A DNA stretch of 64,000 nucleotides from Octopus sinensis. Its lineage: Eukaryota. This document shows, in pieces, positions 25,913-40,239 of the stretch. Positions within the stretch are counted from its first letter, which is position 1; the number at the start of each line of letters is the position of its first letter. A program made the position numbers and the translations under genes. The stretch lies in assembly GCF_006345805.1 (NCBI RefSeq), contig NC_043004.1, forward strand, positions 104,098,001 to 104,162,000, written 5' to 3'. The notes beneath the pieces were generated by a model. The model did not search any database. It was not told the origin of the DNA and worked only from the letters and a program-made list of their open reading frames with translations.

Positions 25913-26139
25913 CTTCAGTGTGTAGTCTACCGCAGTATCCACAGTCAAGGCTGTGAAATAACTTGGTTTGGGTTAGGATTAGAGTTAAGGTCTAGGGTTT
26001 ACGGTTAAGGTTAAGGCTTAGGGTTTAGGGTCAAAGTATTGGATTAGGGTTACGGTTATGGCTTAATGTTATGGTTAAGGTTATGTTTAGAGTTAAAGTA
26101 CGCTAAAGTACAAATGACCAGGTAGACCGCACGCTAAAG
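25913..26139. repeat. degenerate TTAGGG-like array bracketed by 19-bp imperfect inverted repeats
   Basis: CTTCAGTGTGTAGTCTACC ... GGTAGACCGCACGCTAAAG. Confidence 0.65.
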
Positions 26140-26198
26140 TGGTATCGATTTTTTAAATACAGTATTGACTGTACATCTGCTAATATAGGCGCAAGATC

Positions 26199-26407
26199 TT
26201 ACTCTTTTACTCTTTTACTTGTTTCAATCATCTGACTGTGGCCAAGCTGGATCACCGCCTTTAGTCGAGCAAATCGACCCCATGACTTATTCTTTGTAAG
26301 CCTAGTACTTATTCTATCGGTCTCTTTGCAGAACCGCAAAATTTCGGGGACGTAAACACACCAGCATCGGTTGTCAAGCGATGTTGGGAGGGACAAACAC
26401 AGACATA

Positions 26408-26455
<48 letters not shown>

Positions 26456-26620
26456 AATACATATACATATATACGACGGGCTTCTTTCAGTTTCCGTCTA
26501 CCAAATCCACTCACAAGGCTTTGGTCAGCCCGAGGCTATAGTAGAAGACACTTGCCCAAGGTGCCACGCAATGGGACTGAACCTGGAACCATGTGGTTCG
26601 TAAGCAAGCTACATACCACA
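26199..26620 (-). mobile_element. SINE family A
   Basis: Matches other copies end to end. Confidence 0.9.
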
Positions 26621-27479
26621 CGAAAACATTTTTTTTTTTGTTTGAGGGAGACTGACAGGTGCCCATGCATGCACGTCTTCTATTAGGACAACACGACGGT
26701 TAGTGGCTGTCTGGGTGCAAACGATTCGGCACGGTTGACTGGATATTCAACCTGTTCAGGTGACAATACGTTTTGGCGCTGGAGGCAAATACGCGCTCGC
26801 GCGCAAAACAAAAACTCACCCGAAACACAAAAACTCATACAAATGCACACAGACATACGCATGCGCACATGCACAAAAGTATACACATGCAGATAGGGAG
26901 AATGGAAGAGAGAAGAGACAAGGGGGAGAGCTAGATAGAGATATTATACACATACAGACGTATTTAGATACTCGTACACATAAACAGAAAGAGAGAGTGG
27001 AGAGAAGAAGAAAGAAGAAAACATCAAAGAAGTCTGATGTCAAACAAGTCAGCGTCGAATCAGTGACACCAAAATGGTTGTGCCAAAAATCTCACCCCTG
27101 TCTTCTTTCTCTATACCAAAGTTATTTGTTTATTCAAAGGAAATGCTGCTGGCTTGGGCCGAAGCAGCTTGGCATCACTGTCGTCACAGGTATTGCTGTC
27201 AGGAGCTGAGACAGATGCCACAAGGTATCTAATCTAGCCCTTTAACACTTCGCCCTAGCTTTGTACTTGTTTATTTTTTAAAACTAATTACTAGTGGTAG
27301 AAGCAATATCAATACTAAAAGGCAATATTTAAATCCAACTTAACGTGGATGCATTGTTAGAGCACAGAATTCTGCGTTATTTACCCCGAGAGGACTTCTC
27401 ATTTTGATGCATGGAGCATAAAATCACACATATTTATTTCACACTGGAAGACGAGAATCGTCTGCTACGGGTACTGGAA

Positions 27480-27525
27480 CTGCCAGATCACGCAATTTCG
27501 ACGTGTGTCTTCTCTTCAGTAGCAG
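27480..27525 (-). ncRNA. type-I hammerhead ribozyme
   Basis: CTGCTA-CTGAAGA-GAAGAC acac GTC-GAAATTGCGTG-ATC-TGGCAG. Confidence 0.7.
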
Positions 27526-27828
27526 AGATCCGGTAACTGTATACCAGTCAAATCTCATGCTAGTGATACATGGAATTTCAGATTTTATGCGCCATGCGTC
27601 CATATGAGAGGTCCTCTCAAAGTAAATGACACAATATTCGGCGTTCTAACAATACATCCATTTTAAGTTCAGTATAAAGATTTCTTTTTCTTATTAATAC
27701 TGCTTCTGTCGCTAATGATTTGTTTTAAATAAGTCTGCTGGCTATTTGCAATAACAGTGCCTTAAAAGACACTGAATTTCCATATATCGCTGGTAGTGAG
27801 ATTTGGCTGGTGTGTGGCTACAAGACGT

Positions 27829-27874
27829 CTTCCACTGAAGAGACGGAGCACGTCGAAATAACGGAATGTGGCAG
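27829..27874 (+). ncRNA. hammerhead with mutated cleavage triplet (ATG)
   Basis: CTTCCA-CTGAAGA-GACG gagca CGTC-GAAAT aacgga ATG-TGGCAG. Confidence 0.6.
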
Positions 27875-28772
27875 TTCCGGCACCCGTGGCAGAAGATTCT
27901 CGTCTGCCTACGATATAAATATGTGTACTTTTATGCACCATGCATCCATATGAGAAGCCATCTCAAGATAAAAAACGTAATATTCGACACTCTAACTTGT
28001 TTATTTACTTTATATATATATATATTTACCAATACGGAAAGAATGAAAAAGGAGGTTGAACTTCGTAGGATTTGAACCCATATCGCGACGAATTCGAGTG
28101 GATCAAATACCGTGAACCATTTCATTCCAACGACCCACCCAATTTGCATACCGAAGATACACTGCGTGTATACTGCAGATAACTAACCTCCCATCAGATA
28201 GTATGTTATCAATGATGCCCCAGTTCACTAAACTAAGCCACGTAAAATTTAATTTAAAGCCTTACTAAGGAATGGAACATATCAATTATTGCCAATTATC
28301 TCGAACAAACCCCCAAAATGGAAGTGTACCCAGTATTCTAGAAGTCACAAAAATCTTTAGCATTCAACCTACAATGAAATAACGAGAAATGATTCGAGAA
28401 CAGTTTTTCAATGAAATATTTTCGCTGAACTTTCCATTAAATATTTTCATATTTTCCACGTTTAGATATATAACCAACAAACATTATTATATTCATTCTG
28501 AGAGAGGGAGAAAAAAAAATAACAGTAATATATAAAAGGGGCAATAAGAATAATAAAAGAGGGAAATATTTAAAGATCAGAGCATTTACGAAAGAAAAAT
28601 GCATTGGAAATACATACATACATACATACATACATACATACATACATACATACATACATGTGAGCGTGTGTGTGTATGCATATAAATGTATATATGTATA
28701 TATATATGTATATATACACATATACACTCTATTTCCAATGCATTTTTCTAATACATACATACGTACATATAA

Positions 28773-28835
<63 letters not shown>

Positions 28836-29294
28836 CTCGTATATAAGCTTACATACACACATATCATATGGTTTATATATACATGTATGTATACACACAC
28901 AAATACGCACAGATATGTAATATGTATGTAAAGAACAAAACCAAATGCACTTTATATTTTTAATGATTTTACAAGAATTTCCATTTTTTCGGCAGAGAGG
29001 GTGAAGGATACAAATTACATATTTATAAACAAAATGTTATATCTAAAGGGAAGATGAGAAAAAAAAGCATACAAATGCATACAAATGCATATATATATAT
29101 ATATAATCTAAACTGATAGAATCTAAGTTGGAAAAATTCATATATGAACAGATGTTTTTATATATACACAAATTTTTACAGAATTTACTCTCTCTCTCAC
29201 GCGCGCGCACGAACGCACACTTTTTCTCTATTTCTTTGTTTCTCTCTCTCTCTCTCTTGCTCTGTCTGCCAGTCTCCGTCTCTCTCTTCTCTCT

Positions 29295-29394
29295 NNNNNN
29301 NNNNNNNNNNNNNNNNNNNNNNNNNNNNNNNNNNNNNNNNNNNNNNNNNNNNNNNNNNNNNNNNNNNNNNNNNNNNNNNNNNNNNNNNNNNNNN
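29295..29394. other. assembly gap (100 N)
   Basis: Run of N between microsatellites. Confidence 1.
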
Positions 29395-29674
29395 GTGAAT
29401 GTGTGAGTGTGTGTGTGTCTGAGTGTGTGTGTGTGTGAGTCTGTGTGTGAATACATATATACTTGTTATACTTTCGAGAAGGTCATATAACCAATAAACA
29501 CATACGCAACGATGGCAAATAACTTCAGTTTTAGTTTTATTGTTAACTAATTTTGTCTTCACACTACTACACAGGACAAATTCGAGAACGAAATATGTGT
29601 GCGCGTGTGCAGAAGCATGGGTGTATGTGTATAAGCACGTGAACGACAGTGTCTGAGAAACACGTATGTCTATG

Positions 29675-29719
<45 letters not shown>

Positions 29720-30160
29720 ATATATATATATATAATATATATTACACTCACACATACATACATACATGTTGAAAGTTGGAATGAACTAAATGTAATTTTA
29801 AACATAGTCTATCTGTTTTACAGATAACCTTGCGCACTGAAATAGAACACAGCCTGATATAGGAAATAAATAATAAATATATGAAAACTTCTTTAATAAT
29901 TCAGTTGTGGTGGTGGGGGCGACATGGAGGCTGGATGTATGTCAATGTTTGCAGGGTCTCTGTCGACAACTTTGTAATACTCTCTTATGAAAAGATTTGA
30001 CTGACGTGTACTGTACTTTGAACGAGAAACACAGAACGTCCCCATATCTTTTACCTGACAGCAGATCAGATGAGAACTCGGACAAATTAGAATAAATAAA
30101 TGAACTTCGGTGACCTAGCATGGCCACAGCCTTCAGACAGAAACGTATAAAAGAATAAAA

Positions 30161-30203
<43 letters not shown>

Positions 30204-30210
30204 CTATCTA

Positions 30211-30246
<36 letters not shown>

Positions 30247-30248
<2 letters not shown>

Positions 30249-30565
30249 TTTCATATAAGGATAAAATTTTCAAAACACATTTCATCAGTGGCCAGCATAT
30301 TATTAAAATACCTTTCAAGGTGAAAATATAAATAATTATAAATAAGAGCAAAAGAAAAAAAATTCTATGGCAATATGCTGAAAAGTAGACCTTAGAACGT
30401 CTAAACCACGTACAATATTTGGTTAATTTATTTTTTTTTTTTTTCGTTTCCGGGTGGTTTTGGGAACATTAACCAAATATTGTACGTGGTTAGAAATTCT
30501 AAGGTCTATTTTTCAGCATATTGCCATAGGAATTTATTTTGCCCTTATTTGTAATTGATTATATA
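30247..30565. mobile_element. asymmetric fold-back mini-element in (TA)n
   Basis: Arms about 30326-30426 and 30468-30565; unpaired left extension related to 45790-45875. Confidence 0.7.
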
Positions 30566-30570
30566 TATAA

Positions 30571-30604
<34 letters not shown>

Positions 30605-30641
30605 GAAAGAAGGTTGAAAATGCAATTTAAAAGATGTTTAT

Positions 30642-30685
30642 TTACTTAACCGGTTTCACTCTTGGAAAAAGATGGTCAAAAGTAA
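30642..30685 (-). ncRNA. degenerate hammerhead at the end of a probable PLE remnant
   Basis: TTACTT-TTGACCA-TCTT..AAGA-GT-GAAAC CG GTT-AAGTAA; perfect stem I, ACCGGT stem III, damaged core. Confidence 0.5.
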
Positions 30686-30999
30686 CATATGGAAGTTTGG
30701 TTGCGTTAATTATTGGCTGTTGCAAATTGCCACATTACATGTATATATACAGTCTTTGGTAACAGGGACACATGGTAAGGACATAAAAAAGTACAACAGT
30801 ATGATGAGAATATTTGAAAAAATGGGCAGAAAGATTAAACAAAATATTATACATCTCAGGGTCAGTACAGAATATTATGAATTCAAGGCGAGGTTGTTTA
30901 CTGACCTGTCCTTTTAGCAAAAATGTAGAATTGAAAAAGATGTACCCGTTTTTTTCTTTTTTTGGCTTTCCTTCAAGCATCAATGATTTTGGTGTTAGG

Positions 31000-32496
31000 A
31001 TGAGGTGAATATGTGTGTCTCTGCGTGTATGTGTGCGTGCATACACATACATGTGGTGTGAATAGATGTGTCTGTGTGTCTGTAGTATTTGGTCAGATGG
31101 CGTCTGTTTGTCAAGTGTGTGTGGTTGTCATGGTGTTGTGTGTGCGTGTGTGTGGGCGCACGCGTGTGCGTGCGTGTGTACGCATGCATGAGTGTGGATG
31201 GCATTTGACATGGTGCTGCGTGTGTATATATGTGCCTGTATGGAGGTGAGACTGGTGTGAGTGTGCGTGTCCCTGTGTGCGTGCACACACACGTATACAA
31301 GCGTCTGCGTGTGTGGGGGGCTGTTTTTGAATGGTTCCAGGGTGGCGAAAATAGATGTGTGTTGTTTAAAGAATTTTTTGGGGTAGGATGGTGTGTGTAT
31401 ATATGCGTGCCCGCCCGTGCGCGCGCGCGTGCGTGCGCGTACGCGTCTACGCGTGCGTGCGAGCCATACACACACACTATATATACATATACACACACAC
31501 ACACACACATCATACACACACACACCACACACACACATATATCTCACCCCCCACAACACACACACATAATATACACACACACAACACACACACACACAAC
31601 ACACACACATACAGAACACACACACACACACAACGCACATACATATAATACACACACACAACACACAAATATAACATATATTTATATATAATATACACAC
31701 ATATAACACACACACACAACACACACACACAACAACACACGCACACTACATACATAATATAAATACAACACAAATACACCTAACACATATATACATACAA
31801 TACACATACACAGCATATATATAATACACATACACAATATATACATATAACATACATACACAATACATACATATAATATATATATATAGACAATGCATAT
31901 ACATATATACATATATACATATATACATATATATAGTGTTTACATACACATACATAAATATACCACATATACACACAATATACATACATACAATGTATAC
32001 ATATACACATACGCATACATATAACATATATATACATAACATATACATACACAATGCATACATATATATACATGCAATGTATATACATGTATTCATGCAT
32101 ATATAACACACATACAATATACATATATACAATGCATATATACACATAAATATATACATAATGTACACATACATATAATATACATATACACAATGCACAT
32201 GCATATAATGCACATATATATACACACACATATATATATATATATATATTCACACATATACACATACATATATATATAATGCACACACACACACAAACAA
32301 AATACATACATATAGCGTACACACACATATATATCTACATACCACACACACACACAAACAATGTACTCACATATACACATATACAATGCATACACACACA
32401 CAACACACACATATATAAACATATATATAAAACATATACACATATAAATACATACACACACACAATGCACACACACACGCACACACACACACACAC

Positions 32497-32527
<31 letters not shown>

Positions 32528-32715
32528 CCCACACAACACTCACACACATACATAACATACATATATATAATGCATGCTTGTGCGTGCCGTGTATGTGTGT
32601 GGTCAATGCCCGCTAGTGTGCCCTATGTGTGCCGATGCGTGCATGTGTCCGCCTGCATGATATGTTGCGAGTGTGCGCGTGTCCCTGTGTGCTTGCTCTG
32701 GATGTGTGCCTAGGG
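31000..32715. repeat. long irregular (CA)/(TA)/(TG) low-complexity tract
   Basis: Direct reading. Confidence 0.9.
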
Positions 32716-32719
32716 GGTA

Positions 32720-34180
32720 TGTTAGAGTATGTTTAGTTGTGGTCTGTATTTTTGAATAAGATTACTTTCCCTATTTATTCGTGTTGGTCTGTGGTGTTGT
32801 CCGAGCATTGGTATAGTGGGAAGACTAAGAATTTGGGGGACTTATTGTGTGCACAAAGGTCTAAGTGTCCACTTAGTGGTATCTGTTTTGTGGAGGGGTC
32901 CCTCAGTTGTTGTCGGTGAACTGTCATTCTTTCTCTGAGGGTAAGGCACGTTTGCCCTATGTAGTCTTCGTGGCACCTTCACACCTTATGACGTAGAGTA
33001 AATTTTTTGATGCGCACGTGAAATTATTTTTTATGATGAATGTGTGTCCCGAGCGGAACTTGTACGTCGATTCCTCAATGAGGGGATGCAAGTCCTGCAG
33101 TTGGGGCGACCACATTTTTTTATGGGGGCGGTGGGTTTGTGTTGTGTAATTTTGCGTGGTGAGGGGTTTTTTTAGGGATTTAGGTTGTGTCTCTTACTTT
33201 TTATTATTTTATGAGCTGCCAGTAATTTTTTCAGGCGTGGGTCTTGATTAGTTGTGGATGTTGTTGTATATAATAGTGTAAGCTTCTGCATTCCTTGGGT
33301 TGTGTATTGAGAGATAGGGGAGGCTATTTACTGTACTGTAGATGTGTTTAGGTTTTCGTAGGTCTTAAGTTGATTGATTTGGCCCGTTTATTCCGTTGTC
33401 TACTAGTGATGTCGGGGTATGTCTTTCGAGAAGAATTGCCTTAGTTCCGGAGTCTTCTATTTCGTGTTGTGTCATTTGAGACAATTGTGCAGATTCTTCT
33501 CGCTAGGTTGAAGGGGATATTTGTCTTTGTGTGTTTTGGGTGATTGGAGGTGAATAGAAGGTATTGTTTAGAGTCAGTGGGTTTGTAATGGATGTCAGTT
33601 TCAATGTTGACGCCTTTTTTAATGATTAGAATGTCAAGAAAAGGGAGTTGGTCCTGACTATATTCCATTGTGAATTGAATGTTGTTATTTACACTGTTGA
33701 TAAGGTTTTTGAAGTCTATAAGTTGGTCGAGTGTGTGGGACCATAGGATGAGGCAATCATCTAAGTAGCGTTTCCAGTTCTCCAACAGGTATTTGTGGAA
33801 AGACTGGCCGTACTTATATTTGGATTTTTCATAGATATGTGATTCCAGGTAGGCCATCACCAGGTTTGCATAGGTAGGTGCAACTTTCGTACCCATTGCA
33901 GTTCCTGAAACCTGTCTGTAAGTGTTGTTATTGAAATACATGAAGTTGTTTTGCAGAATAAATTTGAGGCCCTCAATGATGAATTCTTTTTTAATTCTTT
34001 CCGGGATCTCATTGGGATATTTATCCGCCAGATTTAATGGCTTCCAGTCCATATTCATGTGGGATTGTGGTGTAAAGATTAATTACATCAAAGGAAACGA
34101 ATAAAGTGTCTTTATCGGTATGTTTGGGGAGATGATTTAATAGGTCCAGGTCATCTCTTACAATACTTGGAATGTGTTTC
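32720..34180 (-). pseudogene. Penelope-like element RT plus Cys linker plus GIY-YIG (Neptune-like), 5' truncated and frameshifted
   Basis: GTAMGTKVAPTYANL, WKRYLDD, LPFLDI, YKPTDS..YL...SNHP; KKCGRPNCRTC; LYVIRC...YIGQT...LRERMTVH. Confidence 0.92.
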
Positions 34181-34447
34181 AGTATTGGTTATGTGTATAT
34201 ATGGGTATATATGTGTATATATGTGTATATATGTATATATATATATGTGTATATATGTGTATATATGTGGTATATATATATATAGACGAAATTGCTACGA
34301 TGATCCGGTTCTTGACTGAAGATTGAAGGCTTCGAATGTCCCGTCCGTGTTTTTTGTATCGTCTTCTAAGTGTTTTACGTTCTTGTCTCAGTTTGCATTT
34401 TTCTACATATAATAATAATAATAATATATATATATATACACACACAC

Positions 34448-34495
<48 letters not shown>

Positions 34496-34683
34496 GAGTG
34501 GCTGTGTGGTAAGTAGCTATAGGCGCAGGAGTGGCTGTGTGGTTTGCTTACCGCATGGTTCCGGGTTCAGTGCTACTGCGTGACACCCAAAGCAAGTGTC
34601 TTCAACTATAGTTCGACTAAAGGCGGTGCTCCAGCATAGCCGCAGTCCAATGTTTGAAACAAGAATAAAAGAATATATATATA

Positions 34684-35973
34684 CGAGGGGCGTTCAATAA
34701 GTAATGCCCCTGACCCACTTCCCATAGCATAGAGCAACGAAACTTGGCACAGTTATTAGTCTTTTTCTACATAGGAACCACTCAGAGTTACGCATTTCTC
34801 CCATCGTTTGATGCAGCTCTGAAGACCGTTTCTGTAGAAGACACCAGCTTGGTCCTCCAGCCACGACGTGACTTCAGAAATCAAGGCTGCATCATCTGGG
34901 AAACGCTTTCCTTTCAAAAACAACTTCATGGCTGGGAAGAGGTGAAAATCAGAGGGTGCAAGGTCAGAAGAGTAGGGGGATGGGGGAGGAGTTCATAGCC
35001 GCACGCCTGTGCTCCTGATCTGGCGACACGCGAGTTGTGGACCAGAGCGTTGTCCTGCAGGAGGAGGATGCCTTTGCTGATCTTGCCCCGCCTCTTGATT
35101 TTGATAGCTTCTCTTAATTTCCTCAAAAGTGAAGCATAATAGGCTCCTGTATTTTGTGGCACCATTTGCCAGGAAATCTGTCATCACTACTCCGTCCTGG
35201 TCCCAGAAGACTGTGAGCATGACCTTGCCAGCGGAGGGCTGCACCCTTGCCTTCTTTGGAGGAGGGGAGTCACGGTGCTTCCACTGCATTGAATGGGCTT
35301 TGGTCTCAGGATCATAGTGATGGACCCAGGTTTCATCCTGTGTAATCATTCTTTTGAAAAATTTTGACTCATCTTCTTGGCACATCTCCAAATTCATCCT
35401 CAAGCAATCGACGCGTTCTTGCTTCTGGAAAGATGTGAGCAACCTGGGAATCCATCTGGCAGACACCTTTTGCATATGCAAATGGTCATGAATGATAGTT
35501 ACCACAGACCCGGTACTAATCTTGACCTCATGGGCTATTTCGGGAATAGTTATGCGTCGATCTTCCAAAATGGCAGCCTCAACTTGACGGACAGATGCCT
35601 CATCAATGGCAGAAGGGGGCGACCACATCTGGGAGCTGATTCCACAGAGTTCCAACCATGTTTGAATTCACGATTCCAGCGTTTTACAAGGTCATATGAT
35701 GGGGCATCATCACCATAAGTTACTTTCATTTCATCAAAAGTCTCCCGTGGTGTGCGTCCTTTCAAATACAAAAACCGGATCACTGCTCGACATTCAACAG
35801 ACCCCATTTCCCGCTTGACTCAGTTCAAACACCTGTAAATCAGAAACCACAATTAGTTTAGAGCTGTAATTTGCCACTTAATCTATAGAGATATAAGTAA
35901 TTGCACATGCAAAATTTCAGCTAGATCAAAAAACTTCAAGTGGATCAGGGGCATTACTTATTGAACGCCCCTC

Positions 35974-35974
<1 letters not shown>
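34684..35974 (-). mobile_element. full-length mariner transposon (1291 bp)
   Basis: 37-bp TIRs CGAGGGGCGTTCAATAAGTAATGCCCCTGA[C/T]CCACTT with one mismatch; TA on both sides. Confidence 0.97.
34756..35807 (-). pseudogene. mariner DD34D-type transposase with several frameshifts
   Basis: MGSVECRAVIRFL, WIPRLL, ITQDETW, KVMLTVFWD, LLQDNA, YSPDLAPSDF, GSYVEKD*; spread over several frames. Confidence 0.95.
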
Positions 35975-36011
<37 letters not shown>

Positions 36012-36132
36012 TGATATTGGTCTGCAGTGTCAGCATGAGGAGACGACACTTCATTCAGCCTTGCCTTTTTATCTATGTCAAGAGGAAATGCTGTGGGTGA
36101 TTGACGTCGTGTACCAATACCGAAGAAATGCT

Positions 36133-36213
<81 letters not shown>

Positions 36214-36744
36214 TTAGCAGCTGTACATGTTTAGCAATTTATTAGTTTAGAGATCATGTGTTTGTAACAGAAACAATGGCATTATGAAAGAGTTAAATTA
36301 TTTCGCAATGTGTCGACGACCTGGTCACTGGACAGAACTATTTTGTTGTAGCTGTGTCAGTAACCTCTAATCGGTGTCACTGACATGCTTTCTATCGTCG
36401 TTAGTCCAGATTAAGGTCAAATGATGACCCGTACACATCCCAAACATGAGTTTCCCCCTCATATCTTCCGTTGTTTATAAAACTTTGTAACATAAATGCG
36501 CTTATGTGAAATAATGCCCCTACCCAAAGAAAATTCAATTATTTTCCAGACCAAACTCTATTTTTATGGTAAATATAACCTATTTGTTTTGTTATCTTTT
36601 TCTTCCGGTTTTTTTTTGTTTTGTATTTTAAGTTTTATTTATTTAATAGTAAACATCAGAAAGCAACATAATCGAGTCGGTGTCCTAATGGTTAGAGGTG
36701 GAAAACACACAAAGTCTTCAAAGTTGTCGATTTGACCTGTTGTG

Positions 36745-37515
36745 TGCAAAATGCTTAGCGGTATTTCGTCTTGTCTTTATGTCATGCGTTCAAATGCCTC
36801 CGAGATCGACTTTGCCTTTCATCCTTTCAGGATCGATAAAATAAGTACCAGTTGAGTACAGGGGGTCGATGTAATCGACTTACACCCTTCCCCACAAAAT
36901 TTCAAACTTTGTGCCTATATTAAAAAGAATCATTATTATTATTAAGGCGGCGAGTAAGACGGTGAGCTAGCGGAATCATTAGCAGGCCGGGTGAAAGAAA
37001 TGCTTAGCGGTATTTCGTCTGCCGCTACGTTCTGAGTTCAAATTCCGCCGTGGTCGACTTTGCTCTTCATCCTTTCGGGGTCGATTAAATAAGTACCAGT
37101 TACACACTGGGGTCGATATAATCGACTTAATCCGTTTGTCTGTCCTTGTTTGTCCTTTCTGTGTTTAGCCCCTTGTGGGTAGTAAAAAATAGGTATTTCG
37201 TCTGCCGCTACGTTCTGAGTTCAAATTTCGCCGTGGTCGACTTTGCTCTTCATCCTTTCGGGGTCGATTAAATAAGTACCAGTTACGCACTGGGGTCGAT
37301 ATAATCGGCTTAATCCGTTTGTCTGTCCTTGTTTGTCCTCTCTGTGATTAGTCCTTTGTGGGTAGTAAAAAAAAAAAGGTATTTCGTCTGTCTTCACCAT
37401 TTGAGTTCAATATCCGCCGAGGTTGACTTTGCCTTTCACCCTTTCGAGGTCGATAAAATAAGTAGCAGTCAAGTTCTGGGGTGGATGTAATCGACTATAC
37501 CCCTTCCCAAAATTT
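36745..37515 (+). mobile_element. SINE family B cluster: one monomer plus a trimer
   Basis: Junctions tail|GGTATTTCGTCTG near 37192 and 37378. Confidence 0.9.
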
Positions 37516-37574
37516 ATAATAGTATAATAGTTCAGAAAGTTCAAGAAGTTCAAAAGTTGTGGTAGACTGGAGCG

Positions 37575-37872
37575 CCATCCAACCAAAATGCAAATATATG
37601 GGAAACTACCACCTGTGTCATCTCTTGTGAAAGGTAAGAGAGTCCAGTTTGCTGGACATTGTTGTAGAGCTGAAAAAGAGGTAATTTCTACTCTTTTCCT
37701 CTGGAAGCCATCTACTCGCGATACCAGAGGGCGCACACTCTCCTACCCTGATGTAATCTCCAGAGATACAGGCATCCAGCAACAGGACCTCCGTAATGCC
37801 ATGATGGACCGTGAAGTCTGGCGTAGCATGGTAAATTCCATTGTCTCGACCACGGTCGAACAATGATGATGA
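37575..37872 (+). mobile_element. RTE-like LINE 3' fragment
   Basis: RVQFAGHCCR...AMMDREVWRSMV; (ATG)n tail; duplication TGGAGCG at 37568-37574 and 37873-37879. Confidence 0.85.
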
Positions 37873-37975
37873 TGGAGCGATTTACATCAACGAAAACTCC
37901 TTGAAGGTAGAGTCAGCAGATACAATGGTGATCGGGATGGAGTGCTGATATGTGGATGAGAGTTCATATATATAT

Positions 37976-39735
<1,760 letters not shown>

Positions 39736-40239
39736 ACACACTCGAATGTGTGTGTGCGTGATGTATTAGCCATTAGTGACGTAAACAGCCTTTACAAAGA
39801 ATATTAACCAGCACACCCAATTTAACTTGGCTGTGTGGTTTTGAATGCCATAGACTGCGGTGATCAATCTGAGAAATTATCTCGTATAGATGTTCGTGAC
39901 TGTTTATTCAGTATTAAACTATATTGTTTCGATGGATTTTTGATCTGGTATTCGGTGTTTTCTGCCCGTTGATGATTCGCAATTCGCAATTTATGGTGAA
40001 ATCGCCTGATACAACGGTGTCGTCTGCAGGTGGGGGACGAAATTTCGTCAACGGATATAATCTGTACATTTTGTAGCACCTAACGTCTACAGAAGATTAT
40101 TTCTCAGAGATGGTTACGGCAGTCTACGCTGTTCAAAACAACACACCCAAGCTAAGCCATAACCATCAAGTAAAAAAAGACCAGCCATTTATTGCAAAAG
40201 GAAGTCGATTAGCTAATTCTCACAGTAGAGTCGACTGAT

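Larger units (their letters stand above)
27346..27996. mobile_element. old inverted-repeat element with a hammerhead in each arm
   Basis: About 27350-27565 is inverted relative to 27789-27996; extra inverted copy at 27581-27660. Confidence 0.75.

Noticed and set aside
25965-26100. True telomere or chromosome fusion site
   Set aside because: Short, highly degenerate, single orientation and internal
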